Of a stretch of DNA of 42,445 bases, positions 39,644 through 42,445 are shown piece by piece. The position numbers were made by a program, and so were the translations under genes. The stretch lies in IMG/VR virus record IMGVR_UViG_2693429518_000021. One strand, given 5' to 3'. Each line of letters opens with the position of its first letter. Position 1 is the stretch's first letter. Under the pieces are notes generated by a model. It did not search any database and was not told the DNA's origin. It saw nothing but the letters and a program-made list of their open reading frames with translations. The DNA is from a virus. Its lineage: Duplodnaviria > Heunggongvirae > Uroviricota > Caudoviricetes.

Positions 39644-39975
39644 TCAAATTCTCGCGTTCCAGTGATGTGCCTGTTTATGCCCGGATTAAATTAAAAGTTT
39701 TTACGGGTTATACCTCACAGATAGGGCAGCAGATCCAGCAGGCTATTTCCGACTATATCAATAGTCTGATGATTGGTGATTCGGTCCTTTTAAGTCGCAT
39801 TTACTCACCGGCGAATCTTGGCGTGGTGAGTGGCGGGAATGCACGCTATTACGATATTCAGGAACTGACGATTGGGAAATCTCCGGGGGCTTTGTCGTCA
39901 TCAAACATTGATATCAGATACAACGAATCTGCGTCCTGTACCCCGGAAAATATCGTTATAACGGTGGAGTCATGA
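39554..39975 (+). pseudogene. 3' fragment of the J-like baseplate gene (duplicate, no start)
   Basis: Translation of 39667..39975 is identical to the last 102 residues of the J-like protein; the fragment begins at the duplication junction. Confidence 0.6.
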
Positions 39976-40652
39976 GCAAATACACCGAACTAATCACGAA
40001 CTACCACGCCACCAAACCTAAATTTCTTGCACATGTTGATCTGATGACCCGGCCGCTTATTGATGTTGCGGCGGCCACCAGAGGGCTGATTACTGCATTT
40101 GATATTGACTCTGCGGTTGGTGTGCAACTTGACATTCTGGGATTGTGGATCGGACGTAGCCGTGTTGTCAGCCAGCCTATCTCAGGTGTTTATTTCAGCT
40201 GGGATACCGACGGGCTTGGATATGATCAGGGTGTATGGCAGGGACCATACGATCCTGATTCCGGATACATGTACCTCAGCGATGAAACTTATCGTGTCAT
40301 CCTTAAAGCGAAGATTGCGATTAATAACTGGGACGGACGGAATGATTCGCTTCCGGCAATTCTTGACGCGGCAACAGCAGGATCCGGGCTGCGAATGCAG
40401 ATAGTCGATAACCAGGACATGACGATATCGGTCTGGGTCTTTCCTGATACTGATATTTCAGATGTATCGCGTGAGTTAATTGCGGCAATTAAACAGGGGT
40501 ATCTCACAGTAAAAGCCGCCGGGGTATGGGCGGGGGGCATTGAAACTCCTTCGGTGGAAACCCCATCGGAAGGCTCAAAATTTTTTGGTTTTGATATGGA
40601 TAACGAATTCATCAGTGGTTTTGATGTAGGAGCATGGGGAGTATTACTCTGA
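39972..40652 (+). CDS. Baseplate/tail protein I-like (copy 2)
   Basis: Identical to 38154..38834. Confidence 0.5.
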   Translation: MSKYTELITNYHATKPKFLAHVDLMTRPLIDVAAATRGLITAFDIDSAVGVQLDILGLWIGRSRVVSQPISGVYFSWDTDGLGYDQGVWQGPYDPDSGYMYLSDETYRVILKAKIAINNWDGRNDSLPAILDAATAGSGLRMQIVDNQDMTISVWVFPDTDISDVSRELIAAIKQGYLTVKAAGVWAGGIETPSVETPSEGSKFFGFDMDNEFISGFDVGAWGVLL

Positions 40653-41350
40653 TGGCGAAAAATGACTTTAAAGCGTTTGCAACTGATCGAAATGCCAATG
40701 TTATGTCGCAGGAGGAATGGGAAGCGTTGCCTGCGCTTTTATCCGGATTTACAGCAGGGAAAGCATCCAGTGCGCAGGTGAACAAAGCCATTCGACAGGC
40801 CAGCTTTATTGCTGCAGCTCTGGCCCAGTTTGTAAGTGACAAAACGCAACGGGATGTGCTTGATAATGGTGATCTGCCCGGTTTTGTTGAATTGCTGGGA
40901 TCGGGGTTTGCTGTTGAATACCTGAGCCGCAAGAATCCGTTTGGCGATATCAAATCGGATGGCACTGTGCAAACGGCTCTCGAAAACCTTGGTTTGGGAG
41001 AAGCGGCGAAAAGGGATGTGGGTACAGGAGAAAATCAGATACCGGATATGTCAGCCTGGAAAAGAAATCCGAGTTCTAATCGCTGGAGAAAATTGCCTGA
41101 TGGAACCATCATTCAAATGGGAATATCAGCATCAGGGCCATTAGGCTCACCTGTAAATATCACCCTGCCGATATCTTTCAGCAATACCAATTATTGTGTT
41201 GTTGCATCGTACGATAATGCACGGTCAGGTGTGTCAACAATGGTTAGTTTTGCAGCATTACCTGTTTCACCATCGCAATTTTCCCTGATGTCATCTGTGA
41301 CTGAGCAAGGAGTAAATCCTTTTGCTTACTGGATTGCTTTTGGAGATTGA
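40652..41350 (+). CDS. Tail fibre protein (constant N-terminus plus variable cassette in current orientation)
   Basis: ATG 40652 overlaps the I-like stop (TGATG); sequence diverges from copy 1 after the gix-like site at 41003. Confidence 0.6.
   Translation: MAKNDFKAFATDRNANVMSQEEWEALPALLSGFTAGKASSAQVNKAIRQASFIAAALAQFVSDKTQRDVLDNGDLPGFVELLGSGFAVEYLSRKNPFGDIKSDGTVQTALENLGLGEAAKRDVGTGENQIPDMSAWKRNPSSNRWRKLPDGTIIQMGISASGPLGSPVNITLPISFSNTNYCVVASYDNARSGVSTMVSFAALPVSPSQFSLMSSVTEQGVNPFAYWIAFGD
40977..41002 (+). other. hix/gix/cix-like DNA invertase crossover site, copy 2; probable left boundary of the invertible segment
   Basis: Identical to the site at 39159..39184; lies at the constant/variable junction of the fibre gene. 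Confidence 0.55.
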
Positions 41351-41353
41351 TAA

Positions 41354-41773
41354 ATGGACAGATACTTCTATTCACAAAAAGAAAATGGTTTTTTTACCGA
41401 TTTAAATAAAGCACCTTCAGATGCTGTTGAGATAACCACGGATGAATGGCTGTCACTACTGGATGGTCAGGATAATGGCATGAAAATAGTCAGCAATCAG
41501 GAGGGATATCCGGTTTTGACAGAGCAACCACCTTTATCAAAAGAAAACCTTATTGCATTGGCAGAGTTGAAAAAAGGAAAACTTATTAATGAAGCCAACG
41601 AGCACATGAATAGCAGGCAATGGCCTGGTAAAGCCGCTATTGGTCGTCTGAAAGGTGACGAGCTGGAACAATATAATTTATGGCTGGATTATCTGGACGC
41701 ACTGGAACTGGTTGATATCTCCAGTGCTCCAGATATTGAATGGCCTACGCCTCCGGCAGTTCAGGCCAGATGA
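41354..41773 (+). CDS. tfa: Tail fibre assembly protein (Tfa/U-like)
   Basis: 139 aa; C-terminal motif DISSAPDIEWPTPP typical of Tfa chaperones; directly follows the fibre gene. Confidence 0.65.
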   Translation: MDRYFYSQKENGFFTDLNKAPSDAVEITTDEWLSLLDGQDNGMKIVSNQEGYPVLTEQPPLSKENLIALAELKKGKLINEANEHMNSRQWPGKAAIGRLKGDELEQYNLWLDYLDALELVDISSAPDIEWPTPPAVQAR

Positions 41774-42350
41774 CATCCGGCGCGGTGCTGGTATCTGTTG
41801 CAGTCACCGCGTCAATGTAATCCAGCACAGCGTTAAGCCGGGTTGTTTCTGCCTGCGTCAGCTTCCGCCCGGCCTGTAATTTCAGTTGAATCAGACTAAT
41901 GGAAGCCATTGCAGCATCAATCAGTGACTGACGCTGTGCTTCTGCCGCTTCGACTGCTGCGCTATGCTGTGCCTCAGTATCGGTCACCCATTTCTCACCA
42001 TCCCATTTATCGTATGGCGTTAATGGAGCGATAGTGGTTGTATTTTCAGGGTAATCACCCGGAGCTGTGATTTCTTTTGATTCTCCTGTTTCAGTGCTAT
42101 AGACCGTTTCACCGCGATGGTCTGGCACATATTCCCATGAGTTAAAATCTGCAGAACGGCAAATTGCATAACCAGCTTTATATGAGCCAGGAGCATCTAA
42201 ACAGGAACATGCCGGGATACCGACACCCACAGCAAGATATTCAGTTGATGTGGAAATATATTCCCGTGTCTCACCATCATAATTGTAAACGGTAATGTCT
42301 CCCGCCTTTGTGGTGATGAGTTCGCTATTTAATACAGCTTTATTCATCAT
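41745..42350 (-). CDS. tfa: Tail fibre assembly protein, alternative copy (Tfa'/U'-like), inverted orientation
   Basis: 201 aa; resembles lambda Tfa as I recall it (EYVPDHRGETVYSTETGE, DTSTAPDVIWPELP); convergent with and overlapping the plus-strand tfa by 29 nt. Confidence 0.7.
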   Translation of the reverse strand: MMNKAVLNSELITTKAGDITVYNYDGETREYISTSTEYLAVGVGIPACSCLDAPGSYKAGYAICRSADFNSWEYVPDHRGETVYSTETGESKEITAPGDYPENTTTIAPLTPYDKWDGEKWVTDTEAQHSAAVEAAEAQRQSLIDAAMASISLIQLKLQAGRKLTQAETTRLNAVLDYIDAVTATDTSTAPDVIWPELPEA

Positions 42351-42445
42351 GCGGCCCTTACGATATAATTAAAAGCGATGTTACGAGGACGAGTTTCTGT
42401 ACCTACATTTTCACTAATTTCACCATAACGTTTAACACTACGAGA
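42345..42445 (-). CDS. 3' end of an alternative tail-fibre variable cassette (partial; continues beyond the window)
   Basis: Minus-strand frame is open from the window edge (...SRSVKRYGEISENVGTETRPRNIAFNYIVRAA) to a TGA overlapping the Tfa' start (ATGA). Confidence 0.5.

Larger units (their letters stand above)
39554..41003 (+). repeat. Tandem direct repeat, copy 2 (1450 bp, identical to 37736..39185)
   Basis: See copy 1. Confidence 0.85.

Overview
The window holds a host ferredoxin gene (yfhL, 1..261, minus strand) followed by the left arm and most of the body of a temperate, myovirus-like prophage that runs off the right edge. All calls are from reading the sequence and ORF translations by eye; no searches or computations were run. 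Left to right: a tyrosine integrase (470..1873); a leftward operon (minus strand, 11852 down to 1870) encoding a small membrane ORF, a 300-aa unknown, a DUF2800/Cas4-like nuclease, a DUF2815 SSB-like protein, a family-A DNA polymerase, a small ORF, a DUF4406-like protein, a VRR-NUC nuclease, a C5-cytosine methyltransferase, an SNF2-type helicase and an AlpA-like protein; an immunity region (S24-type CI repressor 13166..13840 minus, Cro-like 13982..14182 plus); a primase whose 3' end runs into an iteron-rich putative origin (16342..16528); a Q-like antiterminator; a lambda-like lysis cassette (dual-start holin, R endolysin, Rz with embedded Rz1); terminase, portal and head genes; a contractile tail module (sheath, tube, chaperone with a -1 frameshift site, tape measure); and Mu/P2-like baseplate and tail-fibre genes. 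The most unusual structures are: (1) a perfect 1450-bp tandem duplication of the baseplate/tail-fibre constant module, each copy ending exactly at a hix/gix/cix-like invertase crossover site, followed by different fibre C-terminal cassettes and the start of a G-segment-like invertible region with convergent tail-fibre-assembly genes; (2) three accessory genes set antisense or divergent to the leftward replication operon (3572..4501 tail-to-tail with the methyltransferase, an AT-rich membrane protein at 8400..9029, a zinc-ribbon protein at 12223..12747); (3) an AT-rich three-gene cassette with its own terminator inside the tail module (34707..35838). These are the best candidates for an undescribed defence, exclusion or host-range system, but their functions cannot be assigned from sequence alone. 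Many ORFs in the supplied track are alternate-frame shadows of real genes and were not called.
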